IMG/VR virus record: IMGVR_UViG_3300028797_000159
Location: 8,563-72,562 of that record
Strand: one strand, 5' to 3'
DNA from: a virus
Lineage: Duplodnaviria; Caudoviricetes
Length of the DNA: 64,000 nt
The position numbers were made by a program, and so were the translations under genes. Positions within the stretch are counted from its first letter, which is position 1. Each line of letters opens with the position of its first letter. Positions 1 through 10,121 of the stretch are shown piece after piece. The notes beneath the pieces were generated by a model, which saw nothing but the letters and a program-made list of their open reading frames with translations, searched no databases and was not told where the DNA came from.

Positions 1-2
1 CA

Positions 3-260
3 TTACAAGGACTTCTTGATGATGTAGATGCATGGTTTTTTAATTATTTTACATTAGAAAACTTTGATACTGCAAATGATATTGAATGTAAAATTATTAA
101 TCTAATTAATGGCCAAGATATTGATTTATTTAATGAATGTAAACGTGTACTAATAAATTATTATGAATGGCCATTAGAATATGTTGAACAAAACTATGAA
201 GATATATTAAATCAACTCAAGCAAACTGGGACTAATTTTCTAACCCATCTTTATCATTAA
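3..260 (+). CDS. partial hypothetical protein (3' end)
   Basis: open frame from window edge to TAA 258-260; weakly similar to 41952..42257. Confidence 0.7.
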   Translation, partial: LQGLLDDVDAWFFNYFTLENFDTANDIECKIINLINGQDIDLFNECKRVLINYYEWPLEYVEQNYEDILNQLKQTGTNFLTHLYH

Positions 261-309
261 TTTATAAATATCAAATATAATATTTATAATTATTAATTGG
301 AGTAAATGT

Positions 310-1365
310 ATGAGCGAAATTAAATTTGATGCAAATAATGATAAATTAAAATTATTCTTTTATACAATGTATGAGCGCCAGCAAATTTGGTATAAAAGAT
401 TTATTTTACAGCTTCCACAAGAAAAGTGGACTAATAATGAGTATTATTCTAAATACCGTTTTACAAATGTTTATCGCGAACTAGATCGTGCATCACAATA
501 TTTGCTAAAATACATTATTCTAAATAAAGATAGTTGGCATAAATACGATAATAAAGATGACAATTATATAAATTTAATCTGGAAGATTTTATTTTTTAGA
601 ATGATAAATAATCCAAGAGTATTAACAAGTGTAGATGCTATTGCTGATTTTGATAAATATAATCCAGATGAGTTTTATTCATATTTAAAAGAAAATGTAA
701 TTGATAGGGACATTCCATTTGCTCATGGTGCTTTTTGTCAATGGTCAAAGCACGAAATTGATGAGAATGGTAATAAACTTAAGTTTGATAATATGCCTGA
801 ATTCTTTGCAAAATATTTACTTGCAAGATTACATTTACATATTAAAGACATATATCAGTGGATGAAAGATTCATTTTCTAATGAAACCACAGCTGATAAT
901 TTTATTGATTATATGTATCATACAATCGATGGTTGCGGTCGTTTTATCGCACATGAATTCTTTCAAGACTTATGTTATATAAAACCATATATTGGTTTAA
1001 ATTTAATGCGATATACCGTTAACGATGCTACAAATGCAGGTCCAGGATCAAGCGCTGGTGCAAAGATTATTTTTAATAATGTAAAAACTAAAAAAGATGT
1101 GATTAATGCAATTAAATATTTACGTGATATTTCTGAAGAATGTTTAAAAGAAATTCAGAAAGAACAATTTGCTGATACTGATGGTTTTTATTTTATTGAA
1201 TGGGATAAAGACAATAACACATATAAGCATACTGGATTTAACCTTACATTAAATCAAATTGAGATGTGGTTATGTGAGTTTAACAAATACATGAATTATG
1301 TGAATTCTACAGGCCGTACAAGATTATATAATAATATTAAAACGACAGATGATTTAGTTTATTAA
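310..1365 (+). CDS. 5-hydroxymethyl-dU DNA kinase family protein (aGPT-Pplase1 / HMUDK helical domain)
   Basis: ERQQIWYKR...WT...YRFTNVYRELDR motif and GPGS motif typical of this phage DNA-hypermodification family. Confidence 0.75.
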   Translation: MSEIKFDANNDKLKLFFYTMYERQQIWYKRFILQLPQEKWTNNEYYSKYRFTNVYRELDRASQYLLKYIILNKDSWHKYDNKDDNYINLIWKILFFRMINNPRVLTSVDAIADFDKYNPDEFYSYLKENVIDRDIPFAHGAFCQWSKHEIDENGNKLKFDNMPEFFAKYLLARLHLHIKDIYQWMKDSFSNETTADNFIDYMYHTIDGCGRFIAHEFFQDLCYIKPYIGLNLMRYTVNDATNAGPGSSAGAKIIFNNVKTKKDVINAIKYLRDISEECLKEIQKEQFADTDGFYFIEWDKDNNTYKHTGFNLTLNQIEMWLCEFNKYMNYVNSTGRTRLYNNIKTTDDLVY

Positions 1366-1399
1366 ATATAATAAAAATAAAATTTAAGCGTATTGAGCT

Positions 1400-1530
1400 T
1401 GTGTCAGATTGTATCGATAATGAATCGAGAATCCCTGATACAAATTCAATACGCTTTTCTTGTTTACAGATTTTGATTTTTGCAGTATAATATGTCCATA
1501 AATTGAATGGGAATGGATCCTATTCTAATA
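1400..1530 (+). promoter_or_regulatory. repeated promoter element copy 1
   Basis: GTATC/GATAC boxes, AATCCCTGATACA core, TTTACA-17-TATAAT, leader hairpin. Confidence 0.85.
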
Positions 1531-1545
1531 CACGGAGATTATCTT

Positions 1546-1833
1546 ATGATGACTGAACACGATAAATCTTTTTTCATGGATCTTGTCAATCGACTCTGCG
1601 AAGACTATGCATTCCACCGCGATGTTGCGAATAAAATCGCAATGAAAACATGGGAAGATTGTCATGATTGCAGTTATGATGAAGTTACTAGTAGAGCATA
1701 CGAGCTGTCTTCATTCGTCGAAGAAACTCTTTGGTTAGAAATGAGTCGTGCAGGCAATCATTGTTTTGACGAATCAAAGTATGAAGACTCATTGTCATAC
1801 AAGAAATTTGTTAAATCTGAAAATGATACTTAA
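1546..1833 (+). CDS. hypothetical protein
   Basis: ORF; start moved to ATG after GGAG RBS (track start lies inside leader hairpin). Confidence 0.75.
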   Translation: MMTEHDKSFFMDLVNRLCEDYAFHRDVANKIAMKTWEDCHDCSYDEVTSRAYELSSFVEETLWLEMSRAGNHCFDESKYEDSLSYKKFVKSENDT

Positions 1834-1882
1834 TAGTCATTAGCTTTTATAATAAGCACATTCAGCAAATTGGAGGATAGTT

Positions 1883-2227
1883 ATGGCAACATTTAAAACT
1901 AAACAAGAAATTATTAGCAAATTAAAAGCACAAATTCTAAAGAAAGATTCCACAGCTATCCATACACTATTATTCGTATATGATAACCAGGTTGATGATG
2001 AAAAATCAACTGAAGACGTTAAATATCATAATGGTATTGGATTTAAACGACAAGATGCTAAGAAAGGATCTGCATTTGCTAAATGGTATAAAGAAAAAGG
2101 TTTCTTTACTGCTAAGCAATTAAATGTTGTAAAAAGTATGGTTGAAAAATATGCAGGTCAGGTTATAAAATTTAAAATAGATTCAGGCGAAATCTATAAA
2201 CAAGATGGTATTTGGATTTGGAAATAA
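1883..2227 (+). CDS. conserved phage hypothetical protein
   Basis: GGAGG RBS; Q.DEK....HNGIGF...DA motif recalled from phage proteins. Confidence 0.75.
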   Translation: MATFKTKQEIISKLKAQILKKDSTAIHTLLFVYDNQVDDEKSTEDVKYHNGIGFKRQDAKKGSAFAKWYKEKGFFTAKQLNVVKSMVEKYAGQVIKFKIDSGEIYKQDGIWIWK

Positions 2228-2257
2228 TTTAATATAATAAATATTAAGGATTACAAT

Positions 2258-2560
2258 ATGAGCACATTCGAAGACATATATGCAGAATGCAGTACAGTAG
2301 CTGAAATATTAAGTCAGTATACAGGCGAGGATATTGACACTATTATTGAAGCGTTAAAGTATAGTCGTGATGATTTAACAGCTGAATGGGCAGAAACAAA
2401 TAATCTTACTCAAAATGAAATATTAGAAATTATTGTACATCATTTAAATGATGCACCTGAATATAGATTAAGTTTTCACCGATATGCTGATGGTGACATA
2501 TATGTAGATTATCGTCTGTATATTGAAAATCTTACACTTAACCTTTGGTGGTATAGATAA
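2258..2560 (+). CDS. hypothetical protein
   Basis: ORF with AAGGA RBS. Confidence 0.7.
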   Translation: MSTFEDIYAECSTVAEILSQYTGEDIDTIIEALKYSRDDLTAEWAETNNLTQNEILEIIVHHLNDAPEYRLSFHRYADGDIYVDYRLYIENLTLNLWWYR

Positions 2561-2572
2561 TAGGACTTAATA

Positions 2573-3070
2573 ATGACATATCAGAAAACGTGTAAAATTT
2601 GCGGGAATGAATTTGAATCCGAATCAAGGAATACACTCTATTGTTCTGAAAAATGTGCTAAACGTGGTGCAAAGAAAGCCTACCGTTCACGTAAGATGAA
2701 ACATATAAATGCTGTTAAACGTGGTGATGATAAAGAAATTGAAATACTAATTTCAAATGCATATAGACTTTCACGTGAAGTCGCGAAGATGTGTCTTATT
2801 AAAAAATGTGCATGTAAAGACCCTAATCATACATGTGAGGGCGAATTAGTTGTACATCATATAAATCATAACCCATTTGACTGTCACCCATATAATTTAA
2901 TATGGCTATGTGAAAAAGCACATAAAGAAATTCATAATAATGAGGAAGACTGTTCAATTATGGATGAAATTAAAGCTTATATAACAATAAGAAAACAATC
3001 AGAGATTAGAGAGCGGAATAAATTAAAACAACAGAATTCAAATTCAATAAATAGCGCTATTGATTGTTAA
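2573..3070 (+). CDS. HNH endonuclease with N-terminal zinc ribbon
   Basis: CKICG...YCSEKC and VHHINHNPFDCHPYNLIWLCEKAHKEIH. Confidence 0.75.
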   Translation: MTYQKTCKICGNEFESESRNTLYCSEKCAKRGAKKAYRSRKMKHINAVKRGDDKEIEILISNAYRLSREVAKMCLIKKCACKDPNHTCEGELVVHHINHNPFDCHPYNLIWLCEKAHKEIHNNEEDCSIMDEIKAYITIRKQSEIRERNKLKQQNSNSINSAIDC

Positions 3071-3071
3071 T

Positions 3072-3171
3072 ATAATCATCTTAATAATCATCTTAATAAT
3101 CATCTTAATAATCATCTTAATAATCATCTTAATAATCATCTTAATAATCATCTTAATAATCATCTTAATAA
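3072..3171. repeat. tandem repeat, 8 x 12 bp ATAATCATCTTA
   Basis: CATC recurs at 3077, 3089, 3101, 3113, 3125, 3137, 3149, 3161. Confidence 0.95.
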
Positions 3172-3477
3172 TATAATTAATTTATTTTATTTATTAATAT
3201 ATTATAATATTATATAATAAATAATACTAAATTCAAAACAGTATAATTTAATAACAAATACCAACCTCATATAATTATATAGTATAATTCATTCAGATTG
3301 CGATATAATAAAGTTATATGACTTCTATTGATAAATACATACTATAAAAATGAGGTCTCAAATTTTGCAATTTAGACCTCATTTTAAATATAAATATTTA
3401 CATGTCGTATTTGCTGTATTAAATTATATAATTTCAATTTGACAATTTGAGTTTAATTTAAACCAATTTAACTTATC

Positions 3478-3690
3478 TTGTATTTTATACAATTAGTTCT
3501 ATAGGTATTGTTGTATAAAATACAAAAATAGTATTATATCGTTGAATAATATATAAATGTGTTATTATAGTTTGTTATATTAATTATGATTATAATTTAG
3601 TCTCTTCTATAATAAATTATATTCAAAATAATTTAATATATTCTGTATTTTATACAATTAGTCCTATAGGTAGTATTGTATAAAGTACAA
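3478..3690. repeat. two direct copies of a ~47 bp imperfect palindrome (TGTATTTTATACAA...TTGTATAAAATACA)
   Basis: copies at 3478-3525 and 3644-3690. Confidence 0.85.
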
Positions 3691-3725
3691 AAAATGGGAT
3701 ATTCAATTGAATATCCCGCAAATAA

Positions 3726-4142
3726 TTATTCAAACACCTTATGAGGCCCATTTGTTGGTGTTTCCTCTTCAGTATTTTCATTTTCAGATACTTCAACTTC
3801 AGTACCTTTATTTTGTAATTTCGCAGTAACTTTTATATCGCCTTTTTCTGCTGAAACATCAATTACCTTATTACCTAATTTCATTTTTTCTAATGAACGA
3901 ACAATAACGAATAATCCAACGAGACCTAACCCACCACCTAGAACGATATTGCGCGAGGATTCAGTTAAATGTGAAAAGTCCAAAACACACCCTAATGCCA
4001 TTATTAATGATAAAGCAACTAGTGTATATCGTAAACTGATATATTGATGAAATTTTTTGGATCCGTCTAATAGTGGAATTAGGATAAGAAGTAATAGCGT
4101 TACAGCAATAAGGATTAATGCTGCGATTGTTGGTGTAACCAT
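3726..4142 (-). CDS. three-TM membrane protein (holin-like candidate)
   Basis: three hydrophobic segments and a charged C-terminal tail. Confidence 0.65.
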   Translation of the reverse strand: MVTPTIAALILIAVTLLLLILIPLLDGSKKFHQYISLRYTLVALSLIMALGCVLDFSHLTESSRNIVLGGGLGLVGLFVIVRSLEKMKLGNKVIDVSAEKGDIKVTAKLQNKGTEVEVSENENTEEETPTNGPHKVFE

Positions 4143-4356
4143 AAATTGATTTTCCTTTGTTTGTTAGAATAGTTAAAATAGGACCACAACACAATAATTA
4201 CTTATTTGATATTGAACAGTTAATTTGTTAAATATCTATTTGTATATAATCATTATGATTATTAAGATGATTATTAAGATATTAAAATAAAAATAATAAA
4301 AATAATGGTTATTAGTTTAGCTAGTATTATAAATAAATATTTTTGGAGAAGATAAA

Positions 4357-4755
4357 ATGATTAGATGTAAAAGAATGCTTGAAAGTCGTAGAAATAGAAG
4401 AATGTTTGAAAATGTTGAAGATCCATGTGAACTTCTTGCTTCACTTGTAGATCTTGGCAGCGTCGATGTTGAGGATGCTTTCCTTGCATGCTTATCAGAA
4501 ATGTCAGCTGCTGAATGTAAACGTGTTCTTGCAAAATGTGGTATGGGTTTTGCACCTGCAGAAGGTGAATTCCCAGCAGATGCTGAAGACGGTCTTGAAG
4601 ATGCTGATGATTTTGAAGAGCCTGAAGTAGAAGATGATGGCCTTGATGAAGATGCTGACGATGAAGTTGAGGAAGTAGAAGATGACGTTGAAGATGATGA
4701 AGCTGAACTTGAATCACGACTTCGCCGACTTGAACGTAAACTCTGCAGACGTTAA
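4357..4755 (+). CDS. acidic protein with LESRLRRLERKL C-terminal motif
   Basis: GGAG RBS; D/E-rich tract; TATAAATA at 4328-4335 upstream. Confidence 0.8.
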   Translation: MIRCKRMLESRRNRRMFENVEDPCELLASLVDLGSVDVEDAFLACLSEMSAAECKRVLAKCGMGFAPAEGEFPADAEDGLEDADDFEEPEVEDDGLDEDADDEVEEVEDDVEDDEAELESRLRRLERKLCRR

Positions 4756-4801
4756 TATTTAAGTAATTTTGTGAAACAATATAATATATTGAGGTTTAAA
4801 T

Positions 4802-5092
4802 ATGGAATTAACAGTTAGTACACTAAGAAGAATTTTGGAAAATGCACTTGATCAACTTGAAGACTATAATGATTCTGATGTTGTATCAACAAAAACAAAT
4901 ACATATTTTGTTGATATGCCATTTATGGGCACTAGATATGGTTATATCGATTTAAACGATATCGAAGTTGAAGAGTCTTGGGATGAAGATGAGGATGAAG
5001 ACGAGTTTGATGAGTCACGTAAATTTAAATCACTTCGTGATAAAAAACTTGAGTCAAGAATTAATCGGCTTGAGAAATTACTTCGTAAGTAA
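4802..5092 (+). CDS. acidic protein with LESRINRLEKLL C-terminal motif
   Basis: GAGG RBS; D/E tract. Confidence 0.8.
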   Translation: MELTVSTLRRILENALDQLEDYNDSDVVSTKTNTYFVDMPFMGTRYGYIDLNDIEVEESWDEDEDEDEFDESRKFKSLRDKKLESRINRLEKLLRK

Positions 5093-5182
5093 TATTTAAA
5101 TTAAAACGGATATATAGTAACTATATATCCGTTATTTTATATATAGCTATTATAAATTTAACTTTTTGTTAATAGATTTAGT

Positions 5183-5815
5183 ATGAAAGTAATTCATTCA
5201 TCTTATGAAATTTTTACGGATCTTTCAAATCCAATTGAAGCAATTTTAAAACCAATTGAACGAGCTGGTAGGATTTGTTATAAATCTGAAAATAATATAA
5301 CAAATGATAGTTGTATTCAGTTTTGTAAAAATATTATTAGTCGTGGACATGAAGCTGTAATTGAGCATTCACAATTATCTGTTAAATTTACAATTGATAG
5401 GGCTATTGCAAATGAACTTGTGAGACATAGACTAGCAAGCTACTGTCAAGAGTCAACAAGATATTGTTCATATAATAAAAATAAATTTGGGAATGAAATT
5501 AAAGTTATTATTCCTGAAGATTTAGAAAATGATGTTGTTAACTATAGTATTTGGTATGAGTCTTGTATGCACGCTGAAAATGCATATATGGCTTTATTGA
5601 GTAATAATGTAAAACCTGAATTAGCTCGTAATGTGCTTCCATTATCAACAGCTACAGAAATTATTATGACTGCAAATATAAGGGAATGGCGTAATGTATT
5701 TCGTCTGCGCACATCATCTTTTGCACATCCACAAATGCGGTCTATAATGAGATCACTTTTAAAAGAATTGCAAAATAAAATTCCAGTATTATTTGACGAT
5801 ATTACATATAATTAA
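5183..5815 (+). CDS. thyX: FAD-dependent thymidylate synthase
   Basis: RHRLASYCQESTRY signature, GHEAVIEH, ARNVLP. Confidence 0.95.
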   Translation: MKVIHSSYEIFTDLSNPIEAILKPIERAGRICYKSENNITNDSCIQFCKNIISRGHEAVIEHSQLSVKFTIDRAIANELVRHRLASYCQESTRYCSYNKNKFGNEIKVIIPEDLENDVVNYSIWYESCMHAENAYMALLSNNVKPELARNVLPLSTATEIIMTANIREWRNVFRLRTSSFAHPQMRSIMRSLLKELQNKIPVLFDDITYN

Positions 5816-5845
5816 ATAATAAATATAAAATTTAAGTGTATTAGA

Positions 5846-5975
5846 TTTGTATTCAGATTGTATCGAATTTAATTCGAAATCCCTGATACAAATTTAATAC
5901 ACTTTTTTCGTTTACAAGCTGCTTAATCTGCAGTATAATATGTCCATAAATTGAGTGATAATAGTGTTGCTCAAT
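5846..5975 (+). promoter_or_regulatory. repeated promoter element copy 2
   Basis: same architecture as copy 1. Confidence 0.85.
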
Positions 5976-5991
5976 AGCAAAGGATTTAAAC

Positions 5992-6228
5992 ATGACAGGT
6001 GATAGACTTATTACTCATAATTCCAGTGAGCTTTGGTCGCTGTTAAGTATCATTAAAAATGATTTTCCCAAACTAAAGAAAATGGGTTATTCATTTGCTT
6101 CTGTAGTAGAAGGTCATAATTGTGAATGCTTTGTATATGGTTGGAAACAACGTTCACGCGCAGTGAATGAAGCCATTATGAATGATGGTCTTGCATTCGA
6201 TCTTAAAACTAATAAAAAGTTATTCTAA
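5992..6228 (+). CDS. hypothetical protein
   Basis: AAGGA RBS, first gene after promoter. Confidence 0.7.
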   Translation: MTGDRLITHNSSELWSLLSIIKNDFPKLKKMGYSFASVVEGHNCECFVYGWKQRSRAVNEAIMNDGLAFDLKTNKKLF

Positions 6229-6244
6229 CGCTAAGGGGCTAAAT

Positions 6245-7276
6245 ATGAAACTCGCAAATATTCCATTCGTACAACAGATGATTGATTCTAAATATATTGT
6301 TGTTCGTAAACACCATGAGTTTGATTTATATATTTATAACTATACTAAACAAGCTGCAGCCGAACATGTTTGGAATGAAGCAACTGAACAGTGCCGTGGA
6401 ATTATTTGTGATAAAGAAATGAATGTTGTTGCACGTCCATTTGCAAAATTCTATAACTATGAAGAGCTTTTACAGCAAGGTAAACAAATTCCTGATCTTC
6501 CATTTGAAGTATATGAGAAACTTGATGGTTCATTAGGTATCTTGTATTTTTATAACGGAAAACCGTATATTGCAACTCGTGGGTCATTTGATTCTGCACA
6601 AGCAAAACATGCAACTGATATTTTATATTCAAAATATTCAGATAAATTAGATTTATTAGATAAATCAAAAACTTATTTGTTTGAAATTATTTATAAAGAC
6701 CCAATGACTTCACTTGTTGTGAACTATGGCGATACTGATGATATTTTCCTTATTGCTGTAATTGACACTGAAACTGGTTTTGAAGATGATATTTATGATT
6801 ATAAACACATCTTTAAAACTACTACTAAATATGAATCAGTAAAAGACTATTTATCATTCCGTAAAGATCAGAGTGGATATAACCGAGAGGGCTTTGTAAT
6901 TAAATTCTCAAATGGATTTCGTATGAAATTAAAATTTGAAGAATATTTTAAAGCACATTCAGCTCAATTCCATTTGAGCATTAAATCAGCATATAAAGCT
7001 ATTTTGGAAAATAAAGTTGATAAAGTCCGTTCATATATTGATGAACATTTATCAGAAGAATCAGCTTTATATTTTGATGAATTAGTTAAATCAGTGTATA
7101 CTAAATACAAAGACATTGAAGATGAGTGTTTATCTAAATTTCGTGATGATTTTAAATCACGACAAGAAGCTGCACAATATTTCTTACAATGTAAATATTC
7201 AAAAGTCTTATTCCAATTATATGATGGAAAAGATTATTCGAAATTTATTTGGAAATTAGTTGAAAAAGAATTATAA
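6245..7276 (+). CDS. T4 Rnl1-like RNA ligase
   Basis: YEKLDGS motif I, IATRGSF, EGFVIK, KLKFEEY; start moved to ATG after AAGGGG. Confidence 0.9.
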   Translation: MKLANIPFVQQMIDSKYIVVRKHHEFDLYIYNYTKQAAAEHVWNEATEQCRGIICDKEMNVVARPFAKFYNYEELLQQGKQIPDLPFEVYEKLDGSLGILYFYNGKPYIATRGSFDSAQAKHATDILYSKYSDKLDLLDKSKTYLFEIIYKDPMTSLVVNYGDTDDIFLIAVIDTETGFEDDIYDYKHIFKTTTKYESVKDYLSFRKDQSGYNREGFVIKFSNGFRMKLKFEEYFKAHSAQFHLSIKSAYKAILENKVDKVRSYIDEHLSEESALYFDELVKSVYTKYKDIEDECLSKFRDDFKSRQEAAQYFLQCKYSKVLFQLYDGKDYSKFIWKLVEKEL

Positions 7277-7351
7277 ATTTACATGTCGTAGCTATATAAG
7301 TTTATATAGCTACATTATTATATTCCACATTTATAATTGAGGTAAACAATT

Positions 7352-7828
7352 ATGGAAAATATTAATCACCTTTCTACACAGAAAATTCATAAAATGGGAA
7401 TTGATTTTGCAATTGAAGCTGCAAAAAATCATAATGATATACTAATTAATAGTCAATCACACCCTGATCAATATTTTGTTGACACTGAATATGGATTAAA
7501 AGAAGTTGTGTTTTGTTGTAGCACAAAGCATAAAAATAAAGACCGTATTAATTGCAATATTTCTAAAAAAGAAAATCAAAATAGAACAACTATGTTAAAT
7601 GAATTTAGCAATAAATTTTACATCCTTGTTCATATGGATTTACAAAATAATGTTAATAGATTTTTCAAAATAAGTCATACAGATCTTTGTATGCTTGTAT
7701 ATAAAAATGATTGTTTTAGAACAAATAATCCAAATATGACCATCAAAGAATGGCTTTGCAATGGACATGGTAGAAATAATATATCACTTGAAATTCTTGC
7801 ACAAAATGGTTATGAGATTTGGAAATAA
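7352..7828 (+). CDS. hypothetical protein
   Basis: GAGG RBS. Confidence 0.7.
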   Translation: MENINHLSTQKIHKMGIDFAIEAAKNHNDILINSQSHPDQYFVDTEYGLKEVVFCCSTKHKNKDRINCNISKKENQNRTTMLNEFSNKFYILVHMDLQNNVNRFFKISHTDLCMLVYKNDCFRTNNPNMTIKEWLCNGHGRNNISLEILAQNGYEIWK

Positions 7829-7864
7829 TTATTAAATTTTAATTATATAGAAGGATTTATTAAT

Positions 7865-8119
7865 ATGGTTAAAACTTTTAGTTATACATCTAGTAATGGA
7901 ACAAAAGATCGTAAAGTTCTTGTTATTAAAGAAAATGATACTTATATTGCAGGTATTGATTTAAATCTTCTTTCTAGTGAGGAAGCTAAAGCTGTTTATG
8001 AAATGTATAAAGATATCATACCAACAAATGATTTTAAATCTAAAATTGTATTAGATAATTTTAATCCTGCATGGAATAAAGCATATAGACAATTTAGCAA
8101 ATCTCATATTAATAAGTAA
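7865..8119 (+). CDS. hypothetical protein
   Basis: AAGGA RBS. Confidence 0.7.
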   Translation: MVKTFSYTSSNGTKDRKVLVIKENDTYIAGIDLNLLSSEEAKAVYEMYKDIIPTNDFKSKIVLDNFNPAWNKAYRQFSKSHINK

Positions 8120-8124
8120 ACTAT

Positions 8125-8262
8125 GTGTATCAGGGATTTTTATTTTATATTGAAACTGTGTCGAAAATCCCTGGTACAAAATGACATAATTTTTCTGTTT
8201 ACAAACAAATTCCTTTGCAGTATAATATACCTACAAAATGAATGAGAGTGGACTCATTCAAT
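8125..8262 (+). promoter_or_regulatory. repeated promoter element copy 3
   Basis: includes an inverted core (TGTATCAGGGATTTT) at 8126 plus forward core, -35/-10 and hairpin. Confidence 0.85.
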
Positions 8263-8278
8263 AGACTAAGAGGTTATT

Positions 8279-8539
8279 ATGCATAGATACTTAATTAGAT
8301 TCAATTTTAATAATGATTGTATAACCTTTAACAAAGGTTCTAATCATGAATGGGATGGATCACTAATTGACCTTTATGCAGATTCTCTTGAAGATGCCGC
8401 ATTAAAATCAATATTCGATATTGATGGTATTAATTTGTCAAAGGTAAGACGATACACAAAATCAATTTGGGAACATATTGGTGAATATTATGCAAAAGTA
8501 AATACAGTAACTTTATATGGTATTCATGATAATGCTTAA
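8279..8539 (+). CDS. hypothetical protein
   Basis: GAGG RBS. Confidence 0.7.
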   Translation: MHRYLIRFNFNNDCITFNKGSNHEWDGSLIDLYADSLEDAALKSIFDIDGINLSKVRRYTKSIWEHIGEYYAKVNTVTLYGIHDNA

Positions 8540-8783
8540 TGAACAATATGATGACTTACAAGGGTTACTATATAAATGTAAAACAAAAGCTGAATTAAAG
8601 GAAACTCTAAGACCTTACGTAAAGAAAATATATCAGAGTTATATCGACATTATATTTTCACCGCGCACTGTAGATTCCATGAAAAATGAAATTTACACAT
8701 TTGAGCAGTTCGTACATTGTATATCAGCATTTGACATGCTTATCATAGATAAGATGGTTAAAGACATCTTACGAGAGCAGTGA
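8532..8783 (+). CDS. hypothetical protein
   Basis: ORF coupled to upstream stop. Confidence 0.6.
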   Translation: MLNEQYDDLQGLLYKCKTKAELKETLRPYVKKIYQSYIDIIFSPRTVDSMKNEIYTFEQFVHCISAFDMLIIDKMVKDILREQ

Positions 8784-8812
8784 ACTTTAGTAAATAAGGA
8801 GTAATTTATACT

Positions 8813-9160
8813 ATGAGTCTTGACATTACTTTTTATCATACAAATGATGTTGAGGATGTATCATATAATATTACTCACAATATGAATGTAATGGCTGAAC
8901 ACGTTCCTCTTCAAAATGGGTATACATTATATAATTTGTTATGGAGAGGTGATGAGATGTCACCTAAGATTGAGAAAGCATATCAAATGACTGACTTACT
9001 AATTGATGCTATTAAATATCTTGCCATTCATAAAAATGAGCTTCTTCAATATAACCCATCAAATGGATGGGGTGACTTCGACTGTTTATTTGATTTTGTT
9101 GGTAGTTGTCTTGTAGCGTCAATTGCATACCCTAATGATTGTGTATCTTATAGTAGGTAG
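8813..9160 (+). CDS. conserved phage hypothetical protein
   Basis: MSLDI...NITHNM...YNPSNGWG pattern recalled from phage proteins; AAGGAG RBS. Confidence 0.75.
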   Translation: MSLDITFYHTNDVEDVSYNITHNMNVMAEHVPLQNGYTLYNLLWRGDEMSPKIEKAYQMTDLLIDAIKYLAIHKNELLQYNPSNGWGDFDCLFDFVGSCLVASIAYPNDCVSYSR

Positions 9161-9169
9161 TAAGCTAAT

Positions 9170-9541
9170 ATGAAAGCTAGTAAATTTGCATATAGCAGTG
9201 ATATTTACACTGGCGTTAAATTAAACGATAACACTTACTCTAAACTTTATTGCGAGTATATGGGTAGATGGCCAATTGATATCTACGATGGTTATTCTAA
9301 CAAATGCTGTAGAGTAACATGCTACAAAGGATATCACATACCTGATAAGGAATTATGGTTTTCATCTATAAGCGTAGCGAGATATTGGATATCTAAATAT
9401 GGTGATCACGAAGTTCAGTTTTACGTTGATGATAATCGTAACTCATGGCTAATTGTAAAAGAGATTCAATCTTTTGATGATATAAAAGATCTTAGAAAGT
9501 TTAAGAAAAAATTAAAAAGAGCTGGTGTTAAAACTACTTAA
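9170..9541 (+). CDS. hypothetical protein
   Basis: ORF in operon. Confidence 0.65.
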   Translation: MKASKFAYSSDIYTGVKLNDNTYSKLYCEYMGRWPIDIYDGYSNKCCRVTCYKGYHIPDKELWFSSISVARYWISKYGDHEVQFYVDDNRNSWLIVKEIQSFDDIKDLRKFKKKLKRAGVKTT

Positions 9542-9697
9542 TTATTTTTATTATATAAGATAATTTAATATTTTAAAATATTTTATGTATATCTATAAAT
9601 TATAATAAATGTTATTAGACATCATTTACAAATAATATTTATTATAATATTTATAATAAATATCATATTAAATTATTTTATACTATGGAGATTTACA

Positions 9698-10045
9698 ATG
9701 AGATATTATCGTAAATTTGAAAAAGCTAATAATAAAGCTGCTGCATTTTTTAGTGATATTAAAGATATTCATGATCTTATGAAATCAAATAAAAAACCAG
9801 TTGATATTGATTATGATGGTCCATATGCAGAAGTTAAATTACCTGCTGGTTTTCTTTCACGTAAAGACCAGGAGCCATTTGCAACAATTGTTTGGAATAT
9901 TATGATGGATGATGGCCCACGTTGGAATATGACAGTCTATTCAACATCTGACGGCAATCATAAAAAAGTTGGCACATTTAATGATGCTAATGCAGTTGCT
10001 GAAAAACTATCTTCACTTTATGATAAAGTTGCATCAAAAGATTAA
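9698..10045 (+). CDS. hypothetical protein
   Basis: GGAG RBS. Confidence 0.75.
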   Translation: MRYYRKFEKANNKAAAFFSDIKDIHDLMKSNKKPVDIDYDGPYAEVKLPAGFLSRKDQEPFATIVWNIMMDDGPRWNMTVYSTSDGNHKKVGTFNDANAVAEKLSSLYDKVASKD

Positions 10046-10121
10046 TTAATAACGTAAAGTTAAATTATATATAATAAGATAAAAATATATAAATTTACAG
10101 GTCATATTTCATATTTATCAG

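Noticed and set aside
3072-3171. CRISPR array
   Set aside because: 12 bp units are directly adjacent with no spacers, and no cas genes are present
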